From contig MCFE01000116.1 in assembly GCA_002104905.1 (NCBI GenBank), positions 1 to 64,000 of the forward strand: a stretch of DNA of 64,000 nt, given 5' to 3'. The stretch comes from Basidiobolus meristosporus CBS 931.73. Taxonomy: Eukaryota > Fungi > Basidiobolomycota. This document shows, in pieces, positions 1 to 12,147 of the stretch. Position numbers and translations under genes: made by a program. The notes under the pieces are model-generated. The model ran no database searches. It saw only the letters and a program-made list of their open reading frames with translations, and had not been told where the DNA came from. Within the stretch, counting starts at the first letter, position 1; every line of letters starts with the position of its first letter.

Positions 1-921
1 AGCAATCCAGGGGATCCAGTGCTCCTGGTAGTTTCCAGAGGCAACTGCCACACCCAAAAATTTGGCTGGGTTGGCCCCAACACCACCAAATCCTTCGGTA
101 ATACCCCCACTTACGTAAATATTCAAACCAAGCGCCAATGCGACACAGATTGGGCCGACAACGGGCCCGAACACCTTTTGCTGCTTTGGGTCGATGGCAG
201 TGCCCCAGGTGATCCATACATATGACCAACTGAAGAAGAATTCCAGGCAGAAAGCTTGACCGACTGTGACGATATCCGGCTTGAAACCCCAGGAACCAAG
301 TTTGGTGGCATTGGTGACTGCCTCACCACAGGCGGCACGAAGAAGCGCACCTCCAAGGAGAGCACCGACACAGTGCATAAACAGATAGATGATCGCACGA
401 GGAACAGAGCAGAGGCGAGTCCATACGGCCGTCCAGGTGATAAGGGGGTTGAAATGAGCACCAGAGACAGAGGCAGAGCCCATGATGAAAAGAGTAAGGG
501 TTACAAAGACTCCTAAACCAACATTGAGGGATACGACAGGACCTCCGACCTGGACGGCCCAGACGGTTACACCGCAGGAAACCAAAACATACAACGCCAT
601 CAGGAACAGCTCATGCACACCGGAACGCCAAATCTTAGGGTTGCGGAATTCCGACCAGTCGAGCATTTGGGCCATTGTCAAATGGTCTTCATCAGCGACA
701 ACATCAGGATGAAACTCGGGTGTTGCAAGGCCGGCAAGGGATTTCCTATGAGGAATAGCGTTGAGAGAAGCTTGACGGCTACGAGTAATGTGTTGTTCTA
801 GCGAAGCAATGTTTTCGGGGGATAGAGGGATGCCAACGTTGAGGCTAGTTTCACAAGGCCGAAGCTCGATGGCCCCTTGACTAACAAAGCCATTGGGAGG
901 GCAGAGTTTTGAAGATTCCAT
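1..921 (-). CDS. Aquaporin / major intrinsic protein (XIP-like); 3' end runs off the window
   Basis: Uninterrupted minus-strand frame from ATG at 921 to base 1 (307 codons; missing from the ORF track because no stop lies in the window). It translates to ...LFIMGSASVSGAHFNPLITW...AFCLEFFFSW...GFGGVGANPAKFLGVAVASG...HWIPWIA, with both MIP hemipore motifs (NPL, NPA) and hydrophobic helices. Confidence 0.9.
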   Translation of the reverse strand, partial: MESSKLCPPNGFVSQGAIELRPCETSLNVGIPLSPENIASLEQHITRSRQASLNAIPHRKSLAGLATPEFHPDVVADEDHLTMAQMLDWSEFRNPKIWRSGVHELFLMALYVLVSCGVTVWAVQVGGPVVSLNVGLGVFVTLTLFIMGSASVSGAHFNPLITWTAVWTRLCSVPRAIIYLFMHCVGALLGGALLRAACGEAVTNATKLGSWGFKPDIVTVGQAFCLEFFFSWSYVWITWGTAIDPKQQKVFGPVVGPICVALALGLNIYVSGGITEGFGGVGANPAKFLGVAVASGNYQEHWIPWIA

Positions 922-1950
922 TGTAAGATATTGAATATGGTTTGGCACAAACCCGAGGGACGTCTGATTTATATAGCTCAACAATGAATGAGCACCTTTC
1001 CACATTTAGTAAGCCAATAACCAATCTCAAACAAACTTCTTAAATCATACAGCTTGATTACTATATCTTGACATCTGAAGTCATCCTTCCTGATCAACCC
1101 GTTCGTTTTCCAGCGGTAATTTCTAAAAGAAGATTGCTTCGAAACTGTATTCAGCTTACGAATGATTATCTCTCCAATTTTGGAGGAGAGCCCTCTCATT
1201 TAAGATCGTCCGCTACCAAATCGGTTCATCTACTTCTTATCCCGAGATCGATATCCAATTTGGTTTTAGCAGCCACCATATCGATCGTTTGTTGCTTAGC
1301 ATGCTATTGGCGCATGGAACACACCTCAGTGATTATTCGAGCCGAAATATTTGTAGAATTCTGAACCAATATTAGATAATTCGGAAAGATCTAGTTACAG
1401 GCAAAAGTGCATGCACTTTCACTATATGATGCTGATTCCCGAAAACTGATAAACAGGAGTCTACGGTATGCATGTTGGAGAATATACAGACGCTCACGTG
1501 ACCACAGCACCAGTGTACTTGGCTAATCAGATAATTGGAGACATAGTCACTTGATCTCACCTGGGATATGACAATATACCCTACACTAAACACCTCAGTA
1601 TGCTACTAGTGATATGTTCTCTATTCTAATGGTGCCCATTTAAGAATATTATTCAAACGTATGAACTATTGACTAATGTTTACTTCAGAATCCTTTCATC
1701 TACAAGTAAAAGACCAAGTATATTACTCGCAGCAAGAGGGGAAGCACGGTTAACTCTTTCCTAATTATTGAAGCTGTCACTAAAGCTACAACATGTGTAC
1801 CAGCATCCTAACGCTAAGAGGTAACAAGATAAAGTCAAGGTTATTGATGACAGCTGCCGTGGTGCATATGCATTGTCCATTGCCGTGAAACATGTTTGCA
1901 ACAGTAGGGTTTATCAATTGAAGTATGTATTCACCTGGATGTTCACCTTG

Positions 1951-3052
1951 TCAGTGAACCTCTCTATCTGTGGTATTTATATTTGGTTCAGGCCTCTTAT
2001 CGGTACCTTTACATTTCTTGCTTCTCTTCATCCGGACTGGAAGTTTCGGTTACTTCTCTAGCCACTAGCCAGGTAAACACCAGCCAGATAAACGGGAAGC
2101 ACACCGCCAAAAGTGCCCAGCAGATAATGAATTCGGTCATGTATGGGGTCTTGGCCGCGTCAATTGTCCAAGCAATGGCCCCACCAGCGGATCACATTCC
2201 TTTGTAGTACCCAGAATAGCGAGCAAGGATTGTGGAGTCATTGGTCAAGGTTCCCATGATCCAGTAGGCATAAGACTGTGTGGCAGCATCCAATAGTCTG
2301 TAGAGGGAGTATAGCACCCATTTGGGCCAGAATGCTCCAGGGTTACGGATGAAATCGACATCTGGGGGATTTTGGGCAACGGGTTCGCGGGTGTACTGGA
2401 TTGGCATCGCTAGATCACCGCCCCAAACAATCACGATGACGGCAAATACTCCATACAAGCCGTACATGGCCTTGGTACGGTGGCCAAATCTCTTACAGTT
2501 CAGGAACGAGCCGAGGAGGAAAGCACCAAGCATTTGGAATGCCCAGTAGAAAGCATTGTTGAAGGAGCGCGTCCGAAGGTTGAACAGCACCCCGTTGATA
2601 TCACCAAACTGGTAGGAGTAGAACCGGTTGGAGGTAATGGATATGGGCGTCAATAAGAGCATCTCACTGTCACAGAATAACTTTGAGAGACGTTCTCGAA
2701 CTTCTCCACCATCACACGAGACCCAGCATCACGTATCCTTGTGAGAGTTGTAATACAGCAATGAGCCAGTGTATAGAGCATAGGTCAGGCCACCTAAAAG
2801 CAGACAGATGCGTGCGCTAAGGATATTGTAGAAACCACCACCAAAGATAGCAAAGGTCGTGTAGAGGGCTATATTCCCGTTCTTGGCAGTTGAGCTGTTC
2901 ATTTGGCCACTGGCACCCATACCGTTGAACATCCCTGGACAGCAGAAGCACACGAAGCCCACCAATAGCACTTGGGCTACGGGCTTTTGGCAGATCTAAT
3001 CAGTAGGAAGCTAGGATATTGTTGGGGAGGCCTATGGCTCAACCACGGCCAT
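1951..3052 (-). pseudogene. UNC-93-like MFS transporter pseudogene
   Basis: Recognisable blocks QVLLVGFVCFCCPGMFN, GGLTYALYTGSLLY, SNRFYSYQF...RTRSFNN, YWIMGTLTND...ARYSGYYKGM*SAGGAIAW. In-frame TGA at 2192-2194 where the family usually has Q. Stop at 2729, and only ~20 codons between NSHKDT and MLLL where intact family members have roughly 100 residues. Confidence 0.75.
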
Positions 3053-5411
3053 ATCATAAGATATTTATAGTATAAGCAGCTCAAAGGTGCCGAGCAATCA
3101 CAACTGTTTGGAAATGAACTGTGGAGCTGGAGTGTAAAACAAACTCAGATATATTCGCTTGGTATATTTGGTAGACTTGGCCGAATTTAGGAATAGTATC
3201 TAATGGACTGGTAAATAAACCAAATCCCGTGCGGCTTATACCGAGTAGAATAGCAAATCCGATGGGAATTTCTCTGGATCCGTGGTTGGCGGTAACAAAG
3301 TGTAAGTTTACTCATTAGCACTCTGAACTGGAAGTTCCCTGGTGGATCATCCCGTTGTATGATATATTTCTCTGGCTATTTGTACATCGAAGCTCTGACC
3401 GATGCAGCCCACAGCCATGAAGGTTCTGATCACCATTATGCATCCACACCCTGACATAGCTTCTGCTTTTGTCTTGAACTGCATTGCGCACCTACCATAC
3501 ATTGTTGGCAACAGTCTGTAGAGCGGAAATAGCTACACTAAAGATTGGTGGCATTGTGGGGGTCTCCCTGGTAACAATAAGCAGCAAGGTGGCAAAGAGT
3601 ATCAAATACTTAGCGGGATACATCGTTACTGATGAAGTTCTTGCTATGACTTGGTCCGCTTAAGTAGAGTTACGCTTTGGGCCACCAACGTTGTGTTGTA
3701 TACTTTTCAGCTGGTTGGCAATATCCTCGGTGTAATACTCTGTCCATACCTTAAAGAGAGCAGCTCCTTATTATATGCTCGGTCGTGAGCCCTAGCAAGG
3801 GCACCAACACCTTATAAAGAGCTTAGTACCACTGAGAAGCCTTATTAACCAAAACCTAGCAATGATTCAGTCAGATTGCGGTTTTGTGAGATGTGTCATT
3901 GTCAGATCATATGGGCACTTTTTGCTTCGTGAATAGTTGACTGAAGTGCAATACCCTGTAGATCTGAACAATACCAAGGGTGGCAGTATAGAGCAATATT
4001 TGAACTCAGGCAAGGTTGAATAGAAACGTATGGTTGGTAACACAAAGCAAACTACATTCACGAAACAGGATTCGGTCTACCAAGCAGGCTGTACGAGTAG
4101 TTTATTTCTAGTCAGCGTCTTGTTACATTGCTAAGAAGGATGAGCATCCCCACTTGCACATTAGCCACAGCTGAGCATGGGGTGTCTGTCTGATGATCAG
4201 TAAGTTGGTTGAACTTTAGGCTGAGGTTGTTACATTTAACCTGACAGCGGCATATGTTCTTCGCTAGACATAGCTTAAGTCCAGCCAACACATTTGCCCG
4301 AACAAAGTCGCCATTCCAGTCGAGGTTGCAAGAAAAGTATACGCCTTTACAATGTTTACCAAGCCTATTATCCTGCGAATGGTTTTTTCGGCAATGCTGC
4401 TGATCACTTGTTACCAGGTATAGTTGACTACCGAAAACACTTAGAGAAAATTGGTGATGAAACAAGAAACAACCTTTCTGTTACCAATAAGTAGTTAGAT
4501 CTTGTATAGTTATTAATACCCGCAGTGAGAGAGACTTCATGGGTTTGATGTGTGTTTGTCGCCTATCATGTGCCTTTGCTAGTTACATCTGATGAACAGT
4601 AAGCCACCTATCGTGTATATATGGGTCACCCTATGGCTGACTAATCTAACGGATTTCTTGCTTGAGAACCACAGTAGGATTTGCGTATTCACCAACGCTG
4701 CCAGAAAGTGATCTTTCCATTAGTAAATGTAGTTTCTCACGAGCCGAATTCAACATAGCAACGAGCGCCATGGTCACATTTGAATAAAATATTACCAAAT
4801 GAGGCTACTCCTCAACACAAGTATGACCTGTATGATCCGATTGATACCAAAATATACATTGCTAGCACTTCAGAACCGGACAGCCTATATTCTGTGTACA
4901 CCTTTGTAAACCCCAGCAGCTGGATAACAGTGCTTCGATCATTTATTTATTACGAATGTATGAAAGATAGATATAGTCGAAATATTTTGGATGTCAGGCC
5001 TGTTGGAGCATATTCACCAGAATGCCATGTACCCAGAGTATGATATCTCTCTTGCTCTTGAGCTCTTCCTAAACAAACTCTGTGTGTTTGTTTCGTTAAG
5101 ACCTTGTGAACGTCTCAATATCACTCTGAGCCATAAAGGGATAACCACGTGATCTACTAGCTCTTCCAATCCCATACAACAAGGCCAGGTCAATGATAGA
5201 TTTGGGTCCAGAAAGGGTACCTGCACATGATGCTGTCAATGCCCAGCATGTTTCCTGCTTCCTAGTGGGAATTTTTGCACGTGAGGTGGGGTGCACACGC
5301 AGTGAAGAGGAACATTTCTTTATTTCCGAAACAAATCGATGGGATTCTATGTAAAGAGGGTGGATATTACAACTGAAAAGTATACGTAGGGTGCATGGGA
5401 ATGGTGAGGCA

Positions 5412-6354
5412 TTATTCGGATTTGACGGGTCTGATTTGGATGGAGTTCACCTCGTCGGGGAGCGAGTTGAAGATGGGCAGGGCCACGGATTCGGTGGTCT
5501 TGATGTGCAAGCTCTGGATGTTCTTCCACTTCTTGGGGATCTTCTCGACGACGTGGTTGATGGCGTGGTCGATGTTCTCCGCCACCTCCTGCGCGGACTG
5601 GGCGGTGGTCCCGATCTTGATGGACATGCAGGTGCCGTTCGGCTTGAACATGTAGGTGGAGGAGAGAATCTTCTGAACCTCCTTGTCCAGGTTACCCGCG
5701 GTGAGGGAGATGGGGATGGGTTGCTTCTTGCGCTCGAAGAACTTCTTGCCGATCAGCTTGGGGAGCATGGGGATGATACGTGCGTCGGCCAAGAAGAGCC
5801 CGTAGGACTGGCAGAGCTCGCGCTTGGCTTCGTAGGTCTTGTACTTGGCTCTGAGCTTGGAGATACCGATCACCTAGAGTGGGGTTAGCATCAGGGGGAG
5901 GGTCTTTCGACAACCATGCTCGATACTCACCTTGGAGATTCTCTTCACTCCCTTCTTCTCCAACAGCTGCTTGTATTCCTTTTGGGGGTCCTTGGTGAAC
6001 AGGCAGACATCGACGCCCGAGCTGACGATGGCGTGTCTCAGAGGACTGGTCGGGAAAAACTCGGGGTTAGTGGGGAAGGTTGGGTGGTGGGTCAGTTGGT
6101 TAAGCGGGTTCCTACATTCTGGCGGGCTTGATGTTGGAGCTCTCAGAGAACTTCTTGGTGGTGATGACCAACCACACGGGCTCCTCATCCTGAAGGAGCT
6201 GGTCCTGCTTGTCCTCGCTGACCTTGGCAGCGTGTTTGAGGAGGGCGGTGGTAGCCTTGAGAGTCTGAGGAATGCTCCACGGTTAGAATGGGTGACCTGG
6301 GGTCGGGTGGGAACACACGGGGCTTACCTGCTTGGAATCCAATGGAGAAGACAT
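5412..6354 (-). CDS. RSL1D1: Ribosomal protein L1 domain-containing protein (RSL1D1/Utp30/Cic1 family), 4 exons
   Basis: Exons 6354-6328, 6264-6116, 6045-5931, 5873-5412 join in frame across GT-AG introns. Motifs VCLFTKDPQ, YDLFLAD-like YGLFLADARIIPMLPKLIGKKFFERKKQPIP, WKNIQSLHIKTTESVALPIF. Confidence 0.92.
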
Positions 6355-6455
6355 GGTACGTTCGGAGGAAGGGGCTCTTGGTACACCTGAAACGCTAATA
6401 TGACCACTTTTCTCACTCAAGTGATTTCGCGTATGGGACCAGTCGATTTGAGCCA

Positions 6456-6544
6456 GATTTTTTTTCATTTTTTTTCTTTTGGACTGCCGAACGGACACTG
6501 CAAAATTGCTTGGGTCAGGGCCAAATAGGGAGGGATTTTTTTCA
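6456..6544. promoter_or_regulatory. Two RRPE-like GA(T)7-8CA motifs upstream of RSL1D1
   Basis: GATTTTTTTTCA at 6456-6467 and GATTTTTTTCA at 6534-6544, ~100-190 bp upstream of the ATG at 6354. Similar motifs lie upstream of MRD1 and RPL28. Confidence 0.35.
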
Positions 6545-6752
6545 ACCTGACTGCCAATGAGATGGTCCAATGCACTGGCGCGAAGACGGGAGCAAGCGCG
6601 GCCATGGATGAGGATAGGGGTATGTGCGAGTGTGGCTGCGAGTGCAGGTACCGATTGTTTAATAATAATGTTATTTGGTGGATTATTGTTACAAAGATCA
6701 AACGAAATTAACTTGGTTTGGGTTCGTTAAGGATGTTCAGAAACCAGCTCTC

Positions 6753-7826
6753 TTACAATCCCTGCTCGTAGATGCCTTGGTACAGGTAGATGATACCAAA
6801 GATGATGAACAGCACGGATCCGAAGAGGTTCACCGTACGCACCGAGATCTTGGTCGCGAGGAGACGACCCCCGGCCACGGCCAGGGCGGTGCAGAATCCG
6901 TGACCGAGCACCGTCCCCACGCAAACCCAGAAAACGTTCTCGGACGCTCCCAGTGCGATGGTGGCGATCTGCGATCGATCCCCCCACTCGGCCAAAAAGG
7001 TGAGGACGAAGGTTTGTACAAAGGTGGGGGACAGCAGGTACTGCATCAGTTCGGTGACCCCGGAGCTCTTCCGGCACGACTCCGGTTGCTCCTCCATCTG
7101 GTTCAATTTCTCCGAATGCTTGTGCTCCTCCAGCTCCGTGCTCACCTCCTCCAACTCCTGCTGCCCCTCGTCGCCGGACATGTTCCATGCCTCCAGCAAG
7201 ATCTTCCCGCCAAATACGAAGAACAGCAGACTCGCCATGTAGGTGACGAAGTGCTTGGGGATGATGGTCAGCACCACGTGACCCAACACCGCGGAGAAGA
7301 TCGACATGATCATCAGGGCGGAGAACGCGGCCGAGAAGATCAGGAGTCGGGAATGGCTCATGGCCATGATGGCCGCGATGAAGAACGTCTTGTCTCCTAT
7401 CTCCGAGACGACGATGGTGAGCGTGCTCAGGAACAGGGACTTCTTGTCGCTCCCGTCGAAGTCGTATTCGAACCCGAGAGTTCCCCTGGGCACCGTTTCA
7501 TCCTGGTCGGTGAAGATCGAGTCCATGTAGTTTTTCTTCAGGGGAAAGGAAAGTGTGAGGTTAGTCCCGTGTTCGGTGTGTGGGTTTGATGAGGTTTCTC
7601 TCTGTACCAACCTCCAAGTTCGAAGGTGGGGCTTCGTCCAAAATCCCTGGGAAGCCTTCCAGGTTCCGGTTTTGCTGTAGGGGGGATGATGGTGAGCACA
7701 CATACATACAAGAGGGGGTGCATGTGTATGGGGAAAGCTTACCCATTGTGGCGGCTCCTTGGCAATGACTTGGACTGCCACCAAGACGAATAGGAGAAGT
7801 GTCAACCAACCATATCGCTTGTTCAT
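6753..7826 (-). CDS. GDT1: GDT1/TMEM165 (UPF0016) Ca2+/Mn2+ transporter, 3 exons
   Basis: Signal-peptide-like start MNKRYGWLTLLLFVLVAVQVIA at 7826, a small middle exon (QNRNLEGFPGILDEAPPSNLE), and both family motifs EIGDKTF and EWGDRSQ. Stop TAA at 6753-6755. Confidence 0.93.
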   Translation of the reverse strand: MNKRYGWLTLLLFVLVAVQVIAKEPPQWVSFPHTHAPPLVCMCAHHHPPYSKTGTWKASQGFWTKPHLRTWRLVQRETSSNPHTEHGTNLTLSFPLKKNYMDSIFTDQDETVPRGTLGFEYDFDGSDKKSLFLSTLTIVVSEIGDKTFFIAAIMAMSHSRLLIFSAAFSALMIMSIFSAVLGHVVLTIIPKHFVTYMASLLFFVFGGKILLEAWNMSGDEGQQELEEVSTELEEHKHSEKLNQMEEQPESCRKSSGVTELMQYLLSPTFVQTFVLTFLAEWGDRSQIATIALGASENVFWVCVGTVLGHGFCTALAVAGGRLLATKISVRTVNLFGSVLFIIFGIIYLYQGIYEQGL

Positions 7827-8101
7827 TGTGATCAAAAAGGGAGATGTCAAGTAGGAAACCAAGAGTATCAACGGGTGGGCTCCGCAATGTTTGCTTATAT
7901 ATACCGTATCCCAAATGGATCCGCTAAAACGTGGCACGATATGCCTATTACATATCAGATAGTGGATCACTGGCTGACCTCTGGTCCAGAAAAGGAAAGT
8001 CATCAAGTGAGCTGGTTGCCGGCTAATCATTATCGCACATGGTGATGAATGGATTACACTTTATATATAAAAATAGTCAACCGCCTATATTACACGGGGC
8101 A

Positions 8102-9374
8102 TCAGTACGAATCATCCTCGCTCTCGAGGCCATGTAAGCCCAAGCTGCCAGTGTCCACGATCCTTAGCAGAGACACCTTGGAGGCATCCCGCGTATCGTA
8201 CATGGGGAGCTTGTCAGCGACCGTCGGGGACTTCTCATGGGGATTAGAGTTTAAGAGAAACACCCCGACGAAGATAGTGAAGAACCCACAGAACAGTGAG
8301 ATCAGGTTCACGGGATTCGATTCGTTGAATCCCTGAAACAGCAGCGCCGACGCAACAATCGTCGCAGTAGTAAAGAACACGTAGTAGATGGGGGTGACGA
8401 TATTGGTAGAGAACAGGTCCAGCGCCTTGTTGAAGTAATTCATCTGCGTCAGGATGGCTACTGCAACCACGCCGGCAAAGATATAGGTGGACGAGTGGGT
8501 CAATTGATTAGACCCGGCAAAGGTCAGCTTAAGGGCGATCCCGAACCCTTTGACGGCCATGACACTTACAGACCCTACCAGAGAGCAGATAGTGATGTAC
8601 ACCAACGGGTTCTTCCTCCCGTGGCTTGGAACCACCCGGTAGATAAGGAACAATGTGGTCGCAAGGACCAGGATGCAATACACCATGAACGCTAAACGCT
8701 GATCAGCTAAACAACACTCATTACGGCGGGCCCATTGATTCTCTCCTACCTGGTTGGATGGCAAGGTGCAGCATCTGGTCGACTGAGATAATTTCCTTGT
8801 CTTCGGGAGAATGCAGGACGATTACGACCGACCCAATGAGGCACAGGCCGCAACCCGCTTTGCCAGATGACCCAAGGCGCTCATTCAAGAAGAGCGACGC
8901 TAAAATCGCGCTGTCCGGTGAAGGATTCGCCAAATATGGGTTAGCTGAGCATGCAATATATCCCAGTGGAACTCCATACGGGAGCCTACCTAATCAAGAC
9001 ACTCAGAGCACCCAGGGGGGTGACAAGAATAGCAGGTGCGAACGAATATGCAGCAAAGTTGGCAATTTCCCCCAGGACCACTAGGGGAGTGATTTAGCAC
9101 CGGAGACAAGCTAAACGATGATGTATTTTGTCCCTACTTGTTACCATGCCTGCCCACCAGGTGTAGTTCGTGAGATACGAGAAGGTGTCGCCGCTTGCCG
9201 TACCTGTATCACAGATAAGAGTTATCCAACCAAGAGTGACTGGTGTATTGGAGAACGCAGCATACCCTCGTGTGAGGAAGAGTCGATTAGACCCTTCTTG
9301 GTGAGAATAAAGCTAACGCCGATCAAAAGACTAGAGGAGGCGGCCAAGCACAAGCCTATGTATTTATCGTCCAT
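8102..9374 (-). CDS. NIPA-family magnesium transporter (DUF803), 5 exons
   Basis: [29 protein letters not shown]..., [64 protein letters not shown] introns restore the frame. Confidence 0.92.
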
Positions 9375-10688
9375 GCTTTCTATGCGGTTAGTGGGAAGGA
9401 TGGGGGTGTCTTTAAGGGAAGTAAAGGTTGAGAGTTAAGAGGAGGCGCGGGCACGGTTTAAACGCCAGGAATAAACCTATGGGTGGGTTGCTCGATTAAG
9501 GTGGAGTTAAGCTGAGCCTTATTTCAGGAAAGATTGGGTTTACAAGGTGGCACAGAGTGAGACCTCTTTTCTTACAACTAGAATCTGTAGAATAGGAGAT
9601 TTATATGGGGCATGGGTTGCATCCAATGTCAGTGACCGCTATCGTTGTCCTTGTGTATAGCAAGATCCGGTGACCGCTCCCTAAATTTATCTCACTAAGA
9701 TTACTATAATTGGCTTTGCATTACAGTGAAACCCATCATCCATCCTTCAATCACCTACCCAGCACCCAACGAACTGGCGGTCAACAACATCGATTCAGAT
9801 CTGATTAGCTACTCGAACATGTCTAATGTAACAGCGCCGTATCCCAAGCCAATGACTGATTCATGAAATGGGATAAATATACAAATTAAAGTTGCCGAGT
9901 CTCGAAATTGGCTCGTAAATATATTAGGCATCTCTGTTGCCTAATTGCACTGGGCAATTCACCCGCAAAGCACAAAGTCTGCATAAGTAATGCATCCTTT
10001 GGCAGCGGTCCGGAATTAGCACCCCAAGCGTGATTAGGTTAACCTCGAGTGCATAAATCAAGATAAGCAGCTCAGCCCCTGGGGTTTCCTGGGTAATAAA
10101 TGGGAAGAATATGGCATAAATAGGAAGCCTGTTTACCATGGCCCCGCTGATAAATATGGTCTAGATTCGATGGGTGTTGTGGGTGGAATGCAATGGAAGG
10201 GGATGGAAACTCAATTGGGATCCTATTTCGAGGATTACGTTGTTAATGCTGGCCACTGAGTGGCCAGATTCCACAACCAGCATGATGATTGGAAAGCATC
10301 CTATCGGATAGACATTATCATGGAATTTCGAGAGCCTAGATGTATCCCAGCGAAGCCAGACTAATACCTGGTAAGCCGAATCGACAGAAATATCCGTTTG
10401 CTCGTTTCAAGAAGTTGAATCCGCCTATTTAGGCACCAATTCAATCACAAAAAGAAGCCGACTCTCGATAATTGATCAATCTCCATTTGGATCCCCTGTT
10501 AGCATCGAGTCCCAAGCTTGATTTCGTCATGAGCAGTGAATTGAACCGACTCTTCAATCACATATAAATGGATTCCGATCGCCGCTTGGTTTCCTCAGTA
10601 TAACATATACTTCTTCCTTGACTTAAGGTTAGTCAGCCTTCTTCCATCTCACCCGAGTGCATTCAGTATTTTAATTCGTTATTTATAG

Positions 10689-11505
<817 letters not shown>

Positions 11506-11943
11506 ATGTCCATCTCATTCTTTAACGCTTTGTAATTACAGTAATAAAATCGTTGAATGTAAAGTAGTCTTGGTTGTTGTACAGTAATATCGCGAATTCA
11601 ATCCTAATATCGAACAACTAACATGGATGACGTCTAGCCAGTAGTAGTGCCAGATGAAGATCATCGACCGGGAGGATTTGGTACGTCGATACTGTCCAAC
11701 GGCATTGCAAAATTTGTAGATTTTGAATAGATTGGGCCATTGGAGTTAGCTGGGGCGAAAGTAACCATGGCTGAGCCCTCGTAATGGCTCCTAAACAATT
11801 CCGGCTGAATTCAAAGTTTTGGGTGGATAAAATCTGGCCCAATATTACGGAACGTTTGGCTCCGATCTCGCATTGTTCGGTTCCATGTTGCAATATTCCT
11901 GATGATAGGATTCCGAGATAATGATAGTAATGAAGTTCGGCAT

Positions 11944-11991
11944 AATTTTTCATTTCGTTGTGACTTCGGTGATTTTTTTTTCTTTTTTTCA
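11944..11991. promoter_or_regulatory. RRPE-like T-tract motifs upstream of MRD1
   Basis: AATTTTTCA at 11944-11952 (reverse complement TGAAAAATT) and GATTTTTTTTTCTTTTTTTCA at 11971-11991. Confidence 0.35.
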
Positions 11992-12147
11992 CTTGCAAGT
12001 CGTGATCGTTCTCTTGCCACTTGGAAATTACACGCCCACGCTCACGCCTGCTGGCAAGTACTAGAACTTGACTGATTTATCTCCACGAGGATCTCCATTA
12101 TACACACATAAACGTATACTGTTCTAATCTAGGCGATATCCATAATC

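Noticed and set aside
3100-5300. Possible CDF transporter, dioxygenase or transposase remnants
   Set aside because: Only a few residues of resemblance; no family assignment can be supported.
5391-5888. 165-aa plus-strand ORF
   Set aside because: Antisense shadow of the GC-rich RSL1D1 exon; no recognisable motifs.
6675-7589. 304-aa plus-strand ORF
   Set aside because: Antisense shadow of GDT1, caused by GC3-rich codons lacking stops on the opposite strand.
6753-8030. 425-aa single-exon version of GDT1
   Set aside because: It reads through two introns and upstream sequence; the spliced model from ATG 7826 gives a signal-peptide-like start and canonical splice sites.
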